A stretch of DNA of 64,000 nucleotides from Rhodothermales bacterium (GCA_022821875.1 JAJECV010000111.1:5072-69071), one strand, 5' to 3'. Counted from the first letter of the stretch, positions 52,333 through 61,684 are shown. Notes: generated from the letters alone by a model not told the origin. Numbers and translations are program-made.

Positions 52333-52580
52333 CTGCATTGGTACGATTGCTCTGATACAGGTAACAGGAATAGAACGAACTTGCAGGAAGAGAGCGTCCG
52401 TTACTTTCGCCTACAGATCTACGGATTTTGGATCACGGACTGATGGTTGTGGGTCTGGGGATCGTGAAATTTTTTCCATCAAGCGTATTGTCATGTGACA
52501 GACGCTACTCGCAGCTTCGGTGGCCAAATTCAACATGTTGCATTTTTTTCGAGTGGAGTGGAACCATTTGATGACTTATT

Positions 52581-52599
52581 CGTATAGTTCAACTATACG
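52581..52599. promoter_or_regulatory. Perfect inverted repeat CGTATAGTT-C-AACTATACG (operator-like)
   Basis: 9-bp arms with 1-nt spacer, directly visible; function unproven. Confidence 0.45.
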
Positions 52600-53183
52600 G
52601 TATAAACATTTTCCTTGTCGGGCTTTGCCACGGAGGAATCAAAACTGCATATGGATCATTTCAAACTACTTGCGGAGAATCAAGGCGGCTGGACGCTCTG
52701 TGTTGCCGTGCACGAACCTTGCGCTATCCATCAGAACTCTTGCTGTTACAAAGTTCCAGTGGGCGGGAGTAATGAACTCTTCCAGGAGTTCATACCCAAA
52801 TCTGCTATCCCTGATTACACCGAACCGGGTTGTATCAGGTGCGATAGAGAAGGGCTCAGTGTGGAATCTGGCATCTTCTTGGGCAATTCCAAAGAATACC
52901 AATGGAGGTTCTGTGGAAGAAATAATAAACATCTTCTCAGTGAGGTAGAAAAAAACAGAATTCAATGGTATCCAGGGGCCCAAATACACCTATTTTTTCA
53001 TAATAATATATGTAGCTTCGTGAAGTACCTCATGCCCGGTTTCTGGAAACGATCAATGGGGATAGCGTTATGGTTGGCTCGTAATTGGAACCAAATATAT
53101 TGTGGAATGAGCATCAATTTAAGTGATGGGTCGCTTAAGTTGATAAGGTTTCCCATTAATCAAGGAAGAATAAATCTCTAATC

Positions 53184-53660
53184 ATGATCCCAAAACCAAT
53201 TATAATTTCGGAATTATCACCGCCGGTACTCCCTCCTGGCATCCACATGGCTGACTTAACTACTGTGAAAAGACATTTAGCCTCCAGCAAATGGCGGCAG
53301 AAATTGTTCAATGGATTGGTGGAGGCTTGTAGGGTCCTGAGTAGAGCAGGGTGCCAGCGTCTGTATCTGGATGGAAGTTTCGTTACACCGAAGCCGATTC
53401 CTAATGACTATGATGTCTGCTGGGATCTAAACGGAGTGAACCTCCGGCTTGTGGATCTTGTATTCTTTGACTTCAGCAACGGTCGGGCCGCGCAAAAGGC
53501 CAAGTTCGGCGGAGAGTTTTTTCCGAGTACACATATAGCAGCTGATGCGGATGTAACATTCCTTGAGTTTTTCCAAATTGATACCGGTTCTGGAAAACAA
53601 AAAGGAATCATTGGGGTAGATCTTGCTAACGATCCAGTGCTTAATCCTTTGCGACCATGA
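53184..53660 (+). CDS. Small Pol-beta-superfamily nucleotidyltransferase-like protein (DUF6932-like)
   Basis: LPPGIH, LYLDGSFVTPKPIPNDYD (GS..DxD), KGII. Confidence 0.8.
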   Translation: MIPKPIIISELSPPVLPPGIHMADLTTVKRHLASSKWRQKLFNGLVEACRVLSRAGCQRLYLDGSFVTPKPIPNDYDVCWDLNGVNLRLVDLVFFDFSNGRAAQKAKFGGEFFPSTHIAADADVTFLEFFQIDTGSGKQKGIIGVDLANDPVLNPLRP

Positions 53661-54925
53661 TGATCCTTACTGATAAACAATACGGCGGCACTGCTGATAT
53701 GCTTGCCAAATTCAGGACGACATTGTCTGGAGTGAAAGAGAATAATAACGGAGAGGAATGGCAGCGAGATCTAATAATTGATGCTCTGCAAGCCCAAATC
53801 TCCGAACTTGAAGAAGACATGAAAAACTATCAGTCGCTAAAATCAGGGAAGATTACTGTGAGGAAGCCACAATCACTTGAAACTCTTCCCCTAACACTTA
53901 TTCAAGCTCGGATTGCAAGTGGAATGAGCCAGGCTGAGTTGGCTAAAGTGTTGGGAACAGAAGAAACTAAGTTAAGATGTTATGAAGCGTATGATTACAT
54001 CGGAACTAACCTAGCTACTTTGATTAAGGTTGCTCGCATCCTGAACATTGACGTTACTGATTTACTTGAGAATGAATCATCTCAGGGCAGTTTTCATCTT
54101 GCGTGGAAAAACATTGATGCAGTTCCCTGGGAAAAATTTCCGGCTCGGGAAATGATCAGCCGTAATTGGTTTGATGATCCAGATGATGGAAATTTGACAG
54201 AGGCGACCAAGGCATATTTCCTGCAAGTAGCGGAGACTCATTTTGAATTAGCTCTCCACCGAAAGAGCGTGCATGGTGTGCACCCTTCGGACGAATATGC
54301 TTTAATGGCATGGCAGGTACGGATACTTGAACGAGCGAGTGCATGGATAGAAAAATGGAAACTGCCGGAATTTGTCCTGGATAACAGTTGGCTTCCCGAA
54401 CTCATTGCACTTACCAGGCGACCAGATGGCCCATTTGAGGCACGCAAATTATTGGCTCGTAAGGGCATTGCTCTTGTAGTAGAAAAACATCTGCCTGGGA
54501 CATATCTCGACGGCGCAGTAATGTTTGCTCCGACCGATCATCCCGTAATTGGGTTAACGTTGCGCTTTGATCGAGTAGATAATTTTTGGTTTGTACTCTT
54601 CCACGAATTAGGTCATTTATTTCTACATCTTTTTGGAGGCATGCGCTATGACTTCTTTGATGAATCTCTTGATGAAATCACCATGTCTGAGGACAATATT
54701 GAACAAGAGGCAGACGAATTTGCATTAAATACATTAATTCCTGAAGATCAGTGGAAGCAGTGCCTTTCTCGCTTCTCATTGTCTGAAAAGGCAGTTCAAC
54801 TTGACGCAGAAAGACTCAGGGTTGACGAAAGTATATTAGCCGGTCGAATTCGTAAAGAGCAAAGCAATTACACGATTCTGAATGGGCTTATTCGATCTGG
54901 TGTTCGGGAACAATTTCTGGTGTAA
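53657..54925 (+). CDS. XRE HTH plus ImmA/IrrE metallopeptidase (HigA-like fusion)
   Basis: LIQARIASGMSQAELA HTH; TYLDGA, LTLRFDRVDNFWFVLFHELGH; EQEADEFA. Confidence 0.88.
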   Translation: MMILTDKQYGGTADMLAKFRTTLSGVKENNNGEEWQRDLIIDALQAQISELEEDMKNYQSLKSGKITVRKPQSLETLPLTLIQARIASGMSQAELAKVLGTEETKLRCYEAYDYIGTNLATLIKVARILNIDVTDLLENESSQGSFHLAWKNIDAVPWEKFPAREMISRNWFDDPDDGNLTEATKAYFLQVAETHFELALHRKSVHGVHPSDEYALMAWQVRILERASAWIEKWKLPEFVLDNSWLPELIALTRRPDGPFEARKLLARKGIALVVEKHLPGTYLDGAVMFAPTDHPVIGLTLRFDRVDNFWFVLFHELGHLFLHLFGGMRYDFFDESLDEITMSEDNIEQEADEFALNTLIPEDQWKQCLSRFSLSEKAVQLDAERLRVDESILAGRIRKEQSNYTILNGLIRSGVREQFLV

Positions 54926-54928
54926 AAA

Positions 54929-56020
54929 ATGATTTTAGGTGAAGACATGTACGTACCGGTGTTGAGTTGGAGGCAGGGTGAATATATGGCACTTTACCAC
55001 CTCACATCATCAGTCCAGAAAAAGACTGTACCTCTAATCTTTATTCCACCGATTGAGTTTGATTTTGAGACGAGGAGGAGCAAGAAGACGGTGGATGAGC
55101 ATGTTCGCCCGTTTATTGATCGTTATACGAAACGATGGGGTAAGCACCCAGCCTGGATAGGGCTGCATAGCACAATTGCAAAGGATAGAATGGATAACGG
55201 GATTCATGTTCTTGACTACATTCTTGATGGGCTAAGATCCAATCACGCACATGCTATGCCAGTATTAACACCGGAAAGTGACACAGATACTATTGCGGCC
55301 GCAGCCAGAGCAATTGGTCGAGACAGATATGGTGCTGCACTGCGTATACGGCTTGAGAACTTAATGGCCGAAGATTTTGAAATAGAAGCAGTGAAGTTGG
55401 TAGAGACGCTCTCAAGACCACTTGAGGAGATTGATCTAATCATTGACCTCAGAGCACCGAATTTCGAGCCCTATCAGGACTTTGCCAATGCGTTAATTGC
55501 GCGAATGAAAAGTTTCCGAACTCTTTCGGAGTATCGGAATCTGATATTAGTCTCCTCGGCTATTCCTGACAGTTTTGGGAATATCGAAAAGGGGAATAGT
55601 GAAATTCCACGTCATGATTGGCTGTTCTACAAGGTCGTGATTGACTCTTTATCTTATGAGATGCGTCGCCTGGTCTATGGAGACTACACAATTGTTCACC
55701 CTGAATTTAAGGTTTTGGACATGCGAATGATTCAGCCACCAGGTAAAATCGTATACACTACGCCTAAAACCTGGGCCATCTGCAAAGGTGGTTCGTTTCG
55801 CGGTCATCCTGAACAAATGGTTGATCATTGTAAGACCGTAGTGGAGAATCCCCAATTCCAGTTCCGGGGGGCCGAATTCTCTTATGGTGACCAATATATT
55901 GACCAATATAGTTCGGGAAAAATAAATCCAACTAACCTAACCCGCTGGAAGACCGTTACGATTAATCATCATATTTCAACGGTGGTAGATCAACTCTCCA
56001 ATGCTCTCGATTCACCATAG
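54929..56020 (+). CDS. Beta-family protein (T4 beta / sce7725-like)
   Basis: YVPVL.WRQGE, DLIIDL, YGDYT, FSYGD.YI, WK..TINHH pattern. Confidence 0.85.
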   Translation: MILGEDMYVPVLSWRQGEYMALYHLTSSVQKKTVPLIFIPPIEFDFETRRSKKTVDEHVRPFIDRYTKRWGKHPAWIGLHSTIAKDRMDNGIHVLDYILDGLRSNHAHAMPVLTPESDTDTIAAAARAIGRDRYGAALRIRLENLMAEDFEIEAVKLVETLSRPLEEIDLIIDLRAPNFEPYQDFANALIARMKSFRTLSEYRNLILVSSAIPDSFGNIEKGNSEIPRHDWLFYKVVIDSLSYEMRRLVYGDYTIVHPEFKVLDMRMIQPPGKIVYTTPKTWAICKGGSFRGHPEQMVDHCKTVVENPQFQFRGAEFSYGDQYIDQYSSGKINPTNLTRWKTVTINHHISTVVDQLSNALDSP

Positions 56021-56573
56021 CAATTTTAATCAGTCTGGTTAATTCATCTTCAGACACTTTTTCAACTAGTAGCTTGTATAGTTTGGTGCGGGACGCGCGA
56101 AGATTCGCTGGGCGAGTGTCATAATTTAAAAGAATATCTATAACTTCGCTGCGCCACAGGAGGTGTGCAAGAATGAATGGATCAACAGAAGGATTCCTCT
56201 CAGCTCTTCGCACATCTCTCAGAACAATCTGACCTCTTAAATCAACCTGGACCTCCTTCAGACCACACCATGCGGGGATCATTTCGAGGGTGGACTTCAA
56301 GTGCTTAGTTGCCACAACCAATGTTAGTCTATGTAATGCTTGGGTATAAATCTTCATTTGGCCTTTTAATCGATCAAGGCGGTCTCGCTCGCTTTTGATT
56401 TCGTACCCATGAAATTCATCACCTATCACGGTTACATCCACGCGTCTCTTTGCATGAGCCAGTCCAAGTTCGTGAATCACTAACTCGCCGGTATTATTGG
56501 TGTGTATTCCTGAGCATCCCCCAAATAAGATGTTACGGATATCAGGATCAAGAATGTTTGAAGTTTGAATCAC
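55962..56573 (-). CDS. sce7726-family (PD-(D/E)xK-like) protein
   Basis: DIR, HELG, RVDV, HGYEIKSERDRLDRL..Q..Y, PAWCG, LLWRSE. Confidence 0.85.
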   Translation of the reverse strand: MIQTSNILDPDIRNILFGGCSGIHTNNTGELVIHELGLAHAKRRVDVTVIGDEFHGYEIKSERDRLDRLKGQMKIYTQALHRLTLVVATKHLKSTLEMIPAWCGLKEVQVDLRGQIVLRDVRRAERNPSVDPFILAHLLWRSEVIDILLNYDTRPANLRASRTKLYKLLVEKVSEDELTRLIKIAMVNREHWRVDLPPLKYDD

Positions 56574-57084
56574 TTGATTGAGCGCAGGTTAAACCTGGAA
56601 GTAAGAACTTCTACTTGCAGGGGTTAGTGTGTTGAATTTGAATGCTCAGGGAAACCTGGATAGTAAAAGAGCGAAGCCGCATTCCAATCTCAATCAACTA
56701 TTCTTGCAGTTGAGTTTCATTGCCTGGTCCAATTCCAATATCCATACCAAGGAAGTCATTCCTCTTCTATTTGATGAACAGAGATATACCCATATCGTCT
56801 GTACTAGCAGGGTTTCAAGGGGGATGCACGAAATGATCTTCCCAACGAGGTCATCTAGATCTCAGTGGACTAAATATTTCTCTTGCGAGGATATGTCTAT
56901 CCACCGGGATGATATTTTGGCCCGTAGGCATATCAGCGAATAGTGACATCCGCTGTAAGGGATAAAGATTCCATTATACAGAAGCAATTGCATTCGCGTC
57001 TTTGGCTGGACTCTACCGTGAGAGTCTCGTCCAGCACAAGTTACTCATCCAATCCATAATATACCAAAATTAAGTTAAGTTGCC

Positions 57085-57780
57085 TCATTCTGCTACGATT
57101 ACGATGGCTTTTTCTTTGGGCCCATAAAATGGATCACTCACCGCCAGCGCATCTTCTCTGTTCAATTGAATATCTGGAGCAGACGAGGGTTTGCATGAGT
57201 AGCGACCTTTATGGTCAATTTCTACTTGGACCTGCTGCATGTGATTTCCTTGGTTGATGATAAGAACTCTTTTCCCTAAGTAATCAGAGTCGTAGCAGGC
57301 GTAGGCGCTGCCAGTTTCCTGAATGCTGCCTGGTATACCGATTTCAATGATTTCCCCGACTCTGTGAAATGGCACTTCACGTTCAGAAGCCAACTGTCTC
57401 AGTTCCTTTACTCCACTCTTTTCTGCGCATTCTTTCTCCGATCTCAATCTTGCATCCAAATCGTGGGTGGGAAAAGGCTTGCATACCTGACTGGTGAGGG
57501 CCTGGGCAAGTTCAGGATCATCAACCCGGTAGATATTTTTATTTGCAAGCCATTGCATCAGCCCCCCGCGGGTATAGTCATCCGAGTATAATGAATCCAA
57601 AAATTTTGCAGGGTTGATTTCCCCATTTTCGGCCTCAATTACCATATCACCAAGTGGAGTGAGAATCGTCATTTTCTGCGAATTGCTATCACGATTAATA
57701 AACAAGAACACGCTGACAAGTAGTGCTATACCCAATAGCCACCAGGGGACATGATCTTTTTTCTTTCTTGCTTCCGTCAT
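57085..57780 (-). CDS. Membrane-anchored hypothetical protein, possible C-terminal double-psi beta-barrel-like domain
   Basis: Basic N-terminus plus TM WWLLGIALLVSVFLFI; 4 Cys; GKRVLIIN..VQVEI..C..DIQLNREDA resembles RlpA/DPBB; starts 11 bp after the E2-E1 gene. Confidence 0.7.
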   Translation of the reverse strand: MTEARKKKDHVPWWLLGIALLVSVFLFINRDSNSQKMTILTPLGDMVIEAENGEINPAKFLDSLYSDDYTRGGLMQWLANKNIYRVDDPELAQALTSQVCKPFPTHDLDARLRSEKECAEKSGVKELRQLASEREVPFHRVGEIIEIGIPGSIQETGSAYACYDSDYLGKRVLIINQGNHMQQVQVEIDHKGRYSCKPSSAPDIQLNREDALAVSDPFYGPKEKAIVIVAE

Positions 57781-57791
57781 TTTACAGATAT

Positions 57792-59615
57792 CTAATGTGG
57801 CTCAATCATGTTGTTGGCATTGCGGGTGCTGCGATGAAGAATCTGAGGAATTCCCAGCTCCTCAGATTGCTCCAGAACGACAAAATCAGTGGCGGTATCT
57901 GGGTTCTGGACAAACTGGACAACCAGTTTGGTAGCTAGGCTTGACCATAAACCTAAGTCATCGTTTCGAGCCTCAAACACAGGATGGAAGCATCCAACGC
58001 CCTCCCATTGGATACCGTCATCCCTGAGTCGATCACGTTCCTCTTTGAGATAGGGGGCTAAACTGTCATTAAAATTGTCTACGGGAAACCTCATTCTATG
58101 TTCATAGAAAGCATAGAATCTGCGAGCTTTCCTACCGATTGAGATGGAAACGAAGTGCTTGGGTTGTTCCCAGTCTAATGAGTTAAGATGAGCGGTTACA
58201 TCATCAGATCCGGTAGCATCAATGATTAGATCTGCTTTTAGGATCTCCTCAGGGGGCTCGGTTTCCGGGCAGAATTTCTCTGCAATCGATCGCACACATG
58301 CGTGTGGGTTTGCAGCGTTCAGACGATCCTTAAGTCTCTCGGCTTTTTGTCCTTCCAAATCATACATAGTTAGTGTGTGTCGGACGAGATTTCCGGCCAC
58401 GAAATGATCCATATCAACCAGAGTTACTTCGGTTATCCCACCACGAACAAGGTGCTCAGCCAGCGGCGCTCCAAGGGCTCCGACTCCAATGACAATGGTC
58501 TTCATGTTTCTCAATAGTTCAGGTAATTGACCCCGCGTAGCAAGTGCAGTTGGATGCCAGTTCTCGGTTTTCAACCAAGGGAGTTGTTTGTTATCACCGA
58601 GGTTTCTTCCACGATAGGCATCCCACAGACTACTTTTATTGCTTCGAAAACCATCATAATGATTTTCAAAAGCAGGCAACAAGAGTGCTTGCCAGTGGAG
58701 GAGATGAGGATATTCACCAATTACCTTGGGAATTAAAGCACCAAGGAGCAAGATGGTTGGCTGACCATCGGGGTTTAGGCGAATTGCTTTTTTGATCAAG
58801 TCATTGAGTTCCCGTCTTGGGCAGGATTTGCGCAAGTCCCCCCAGGTCCGAGGTTGTTGCCACGGATCAACCACCGGCAGTTCATTCAATTGAATCCACA
58901 GACCTTTTGCAGGCTCAGATGGATAAGTAGACAGGTGTGTCCCCCAATTCAGTTCTCGGAGAATATTTTTATCTGAATCACGATAAGCTTGAACAACTCC
59001 AAAATTCCCGGAAATCACACTTAGATCAACAATGCCATATTTGGGTGCATTGAAAGAAGATATTTTATGATTTAGTTTTTCCGACACAATGACAGTATGA
59101 AGAACCTTCTTTATCGGCTTAGGTTGATGAAAGGGGAGCTCAAAGTGCTCCCCTTCACGCATGAGATCGTCATTCGCGGCACACTCTAACCACTTGACCG
59201 CACGTTCAAATGTCCATTTGAGCCGAGTACGCCAATCTCGTGGTTCTGTAGATGCACCCACCCGATCCAATACTCTTAGATGACTGTCAAGGCATAGGAA
59301 TGAATTTTGCCAGGGCTTGGTGGATGCGGGCATCTGGATGGGATACTGATGCGGGAAAAGCCCGGTAATACTATTCTTCTTGGCAGGAAAGAAATCAATA
59401 TGTCCGTCTGGATAAAGACTGGAAACCCGTACGTACCAATCTGTCGTATCAGGCACCGGACTGTTTTCCGGTACATCTACAGAGATACTACATTGAATCG
59501 TCCATAGTTTATCTTCGGTGCACCATTTCCATTTATCCAAAAGTCTTACCCCCGCAATCCCCAGTACTCTCTGTGTAGCGGCGCAAAGAATGTCGGGGAC
59601 CTCGGGAGAATTCAT
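57792..59615 (-). CDS. Cap2-like E2-E1 (ThiF) fusion ubiquitin-like transferase
   Basis: E2 part YPDG..FPHQ..FLCLD (Cys108); E1 IGVGALGA, DMD..GNLVRH, KAE, IIDATG, EGVGCFHPVF (Cys~542); 607 aa. Confidence 0.9.
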   Translation of the reverse strand: MNSPEVPDILCAATQRVLGIAGVRLLDKWKWCTEDKLWTIQCSISVDVPENSPVPDTTDWYVRVSSLYPDGHIDFFPAKKNSITGLFPHQYPIQMPASTKPWQNSFLCLDSHLRVLDRVGASTEPRDWRTRLKWTFERAVKWLECAANDDLMREGEHFELPFHQPKPIKKVLHTVIVSEKLNHKISSFNAPKYGIVDLSVISGNFGVVQAYRDSDKNILRELNWGTHLSTYPSEPAKGLWIQLNELPVVDPWQQPRTWGDLRKSCPRRELNDLIKKAIRLNPDGQPTILLLGALIPKVIGEYPHLLHWQALLLPAFENHYDGFRSNKSSLWDAYRGRNLGDNKQLPWLKTENWHPTALATRGQLPELLRNMKTIVIGVGALGAPLAEHLVRGGITEVTLVDMDHFVAGNLVRHTLTMYDLEGQKAERLKDRLNAANPHACVRSIAEKFCPETEPPEEILKADLIIDATGSDDVTAHLNSLDWEQPKHFVSISIGRKARRFYAFYEHRMRFPVDNFNDSLAPYLKEERDRLRDDGIQWEGVGCFHPVFEARNDDLGLWSSLATKLVVQFVQNPDTATDFVVLEQSEELGIPQILHRSTRNANNMIEPH

Positions 59616-59639
59616 TACTCGAATCGTTAATATTCGTAA

Positions 59640-60107
59640 TTATGCAAATTTGCCACCACGCGGCTGAACAGATTTCTTATTCTTACCCTCGGAGTTACCA
59701 GAGCCTTGAGTCTCATCTTTCACTTCTGCATTAGGTGCAAATTTCTTGACAAGTTCAATGCCATTCTCGCAAGCAGATTTCGAATTATAGCCCTCGCTGG
59801 AGATGGCAATGATTTTGTTGTTTCCACTTTGCAGTCTCCATCGGTATTCCTTGGCTTGATTCTCGTACACCTCAAATTCTGGTGTACCGCCCTGTCCGTG
59901 GTGGCCGTCGGCCCCCGGTTTCGTGAGGTCATGAATCGGGGCAGTTGGTGCAAGCCGTTGAACACGGTCAATGTTTGCTTCTGCCGTGGCCCTGCGTGTA
60001 AAGGACTCGCCAGGAACAGCGATCTCCTCATGGTTTGCGGCATAAAATGTCCAGCGGTACTGATCCTTTACGTCTTGAAAGATTTTGAAATATGGTTTCA
60101 TGATCAT
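59640..60107 (-). CDS. YegP/UPF0339 tandem DUF1508 protein with extended C-terminal tail ending GGKFA
   Basis: Two repeats F.IFQD..QYRW.F.AAN.E.IA..GE.F and FEVYE..EYRWRL.SGNNKIIA.SSEGY.SK..CENGI; tail GSGNSEGKNKKSVQPRGGKFA. Confidence 0.88.
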   Translation of the reverse strand: MIMKPYFKIFQDVKDQYRWTFYAANHEEIAVPGESFTRRATAEANIDRVQRLAPTAPIHDLTKPGADGHHGQGGTPEFEVYENQAKEYRWRLQSGNNKIIAISSEGYNSKSACENGIELVKKFAPNAEVKDETQGSGNSEGKNKKSVQPRGGKFA

Positions 60108-60312
60108 ATCAGTTTAAGGTTGAAGTGTCTCCTCCTCGTTTGAGGGAACACAGGATGATTGATTAAGATCTCGCAGAAATATTCTCCAAGATCCGTCTGG
60201 ATGTGTACAAGCCAACCACAGGCGAGTCCTTAACTGCAACCCGCTAATCGCGAGCGCCGTACCCTCAAGTTGCTTGCTATTGTTATATTTGACTGATCTA
60301 GCCATTGTAAGC

Positions 60313-60356
60313 GGCGAATTCGCCAATTCCGATTTCGTCATTTTCGAGAATACGAC
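60313..60356. promoter_or_regulatory. Palindromes in the divergent promoter (candidate CapH-type operators)
   Basis: Perfect GGCGAATTCGCC at 60313-60324 and imperfect TCGTCATTTTC/GAGAATACGA just downstream. Confidence 0.45.
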
Positions 60357-60380
60357 TTCGTAACTTAAAGGTTTCAGAAA

Positions 60381-60728
60381 ATGAAAAAAAATCACCCAAC
60401 TGAAATTTTTCCCAGCCGACTCCGCAGCACGCGAGAGAAACGGGCACTGAACCAGGCTGAATTAGCTAAGCGGGCAGGTCTACAGGCTTCCGCCGTTTCT
60501 CATTTTGAGACAGGAACGAGAAAGCCATCTTTTGATAATCTTCGCCGACTTGCTGATGCACTGGATGTAACTACAGATTATTTGATTGGTCGAGTAGGTG
60601 ATAATCAGGTCAGTGTAGGCCATGACCAGTTATATCGTAACATAGGTAACCTGACGGCTGAGGATCGTGATTTTGCGGAAAGCTTCATCAAACTTCTTGC
60701 CCAAAAGTCAAAGAAGCATAGGCAATGA
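60381..60728 (+). CDS. XRE-family HTH repressor (CapH-like)
   Basis: RLRSTRE..LNQAELAKRAG..VSHFETGTRKPS..LADALDVTTDYLIG. Confidence 0.88.
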   Translation: MKKNHPTEIFPSRLRSTREKRALNQAELAKRAGLQASAVSHFETGTRKPSFDNLRRLADALDVTTDYLIGRVGDNQVSVGHDQLYRNIGNLTAEDRDFAESFIKLLAQKSKKHRQ

Positions 60729-61603
60729 ATCGCAATTCTTTTCGCTTCAAAGTGGTGTCGGTTGCAGAAAAGGTTGTCTCAGATCAAGACATCAAGCAGC
60801 TGCCCATAAATCCCATTACAATAGCCCGTAGCCAGGGTATTGAGGTCACGCCTCAACCAGTGCATGCTCAGGGATTTTCCGGAATGCTCATGCGTGTTAA
60901 CAACAAGTTTGGAATTACTTATGCTACACATATTGATAGTGTTGGCTTCAAGAACTTCAGCATTGCACATGAACTGGGACATTACTTCTTGCCTGGGCAC
61001 ATTGATGCGGTATTTGCGGCGGATAGTCCTCACACTTCCAGTGCGGGATTCGTCTCCACCGACAGGTATGAAATGGAAGCAGACTGTTTTGCTGCGCGAT
61101 TGCTGATGCCAAATAGGTTGTTCAAGGAAGCAATGTTGGGTGCGGATGAAGGTCTTAACGGGATAGAGGAACTTTCCCAAATCTGCCAGACATCCCTCAC
61201 GGCAACAGCGATACGTTATACAGAGTGTGTTCAGTATCCAATGGCTGTCATTGTGAGTGTCGGTGATAAGGTCAGTTATTGCTTTATGTCTGAGTCACTG
61301 AAAGAGGTTCGCGGTCTTACTTGGATCAGTAAAAATCAATGTCTACCCAAAAATACGGTCACCTATGATTTCAATCAGAATGATCAGCGAGTCCAAGGTG
61401 CACAACGAGATGCGGATATATCAGATCTGCAAGACTGGTTTGGAGGTGACGTTTCCGTCCAGCTTGAGGAGGAGGTTCAAGGCTTAGGACATTATGGGAA
61501 GACGCTAACCGTATTGACTGCTCCAGACCTTTTTGATAAACTGGAAGAAGTTGATGCAAATGAAGCCCTTCATAAATCATGGGAGCCAAAATTCAGGCTT
61601 TAA
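60725..61603 (+). CDS. ImmA/IrrE-family metallopeptidase (CapP-like)
   Basis: FSIAHELGH, EMEADCFAARLLMP, TSLTATAIRY, C-terminal GAF-like region; overlaps HTH stop (ATGA). Confidence 0.88.
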   Translation: MNRNSFRFKVVSVAEKVVSDQDIKQLPINPITIARSQGIEVTPQPVHAQGFSGMLMRVNNKFGITYATHIDSVGFKNFSIAHELGHYFLPGHIDAVFAADSPHTSSAGFVSTDRYEMEADCFAARLLMPNRLFKEAMLGADEGLNGIEELSQICQTSLTATAIRYTECVQYPMAVIVSVGDKVSYCFMSESLKEVRGLTWISKNQCLPKNTVTYDFNQNDQRVQGAQRDADISDLQDWFGGDVSVQLEEEVQGLGHYGKTLTVLTAPDLFDKLEEVDANEALHKSWEPKFRL

Positions 61604-61618
61604 TTTTCCCGATGTATG

Positions 61619-61639
61619 CAGGAGTAATGCATACTCCTG
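61619..61639 (+). terminator. Stem-loop after capP-like gene
   Basis: CAGGAGTA-atgca-TACTCCTG 8-bp stem; only a weak U-tract. Confidence 0.4.
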
Positions 61640-61684
61640 GATTTCATGTTCCCGTATATTAGTTTCTGTTAAAAGCCATCCCAC

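Noticed and set aside
53184-53660. DUF6932-like NTase as the missing CD-NTase or Cap2 substrate
   Set aside because: Only 158 aa, on the opposite strand 4 kb away in another operon, and ends in LRP rather than a Gly/Ala tail.
57792-59615. Calling the locus a canonical type II CBASS
   Set aside because: No CD-NTase, Cap3 JAB peptidase or SAVED/patatin-type effector is adjacent within the window.
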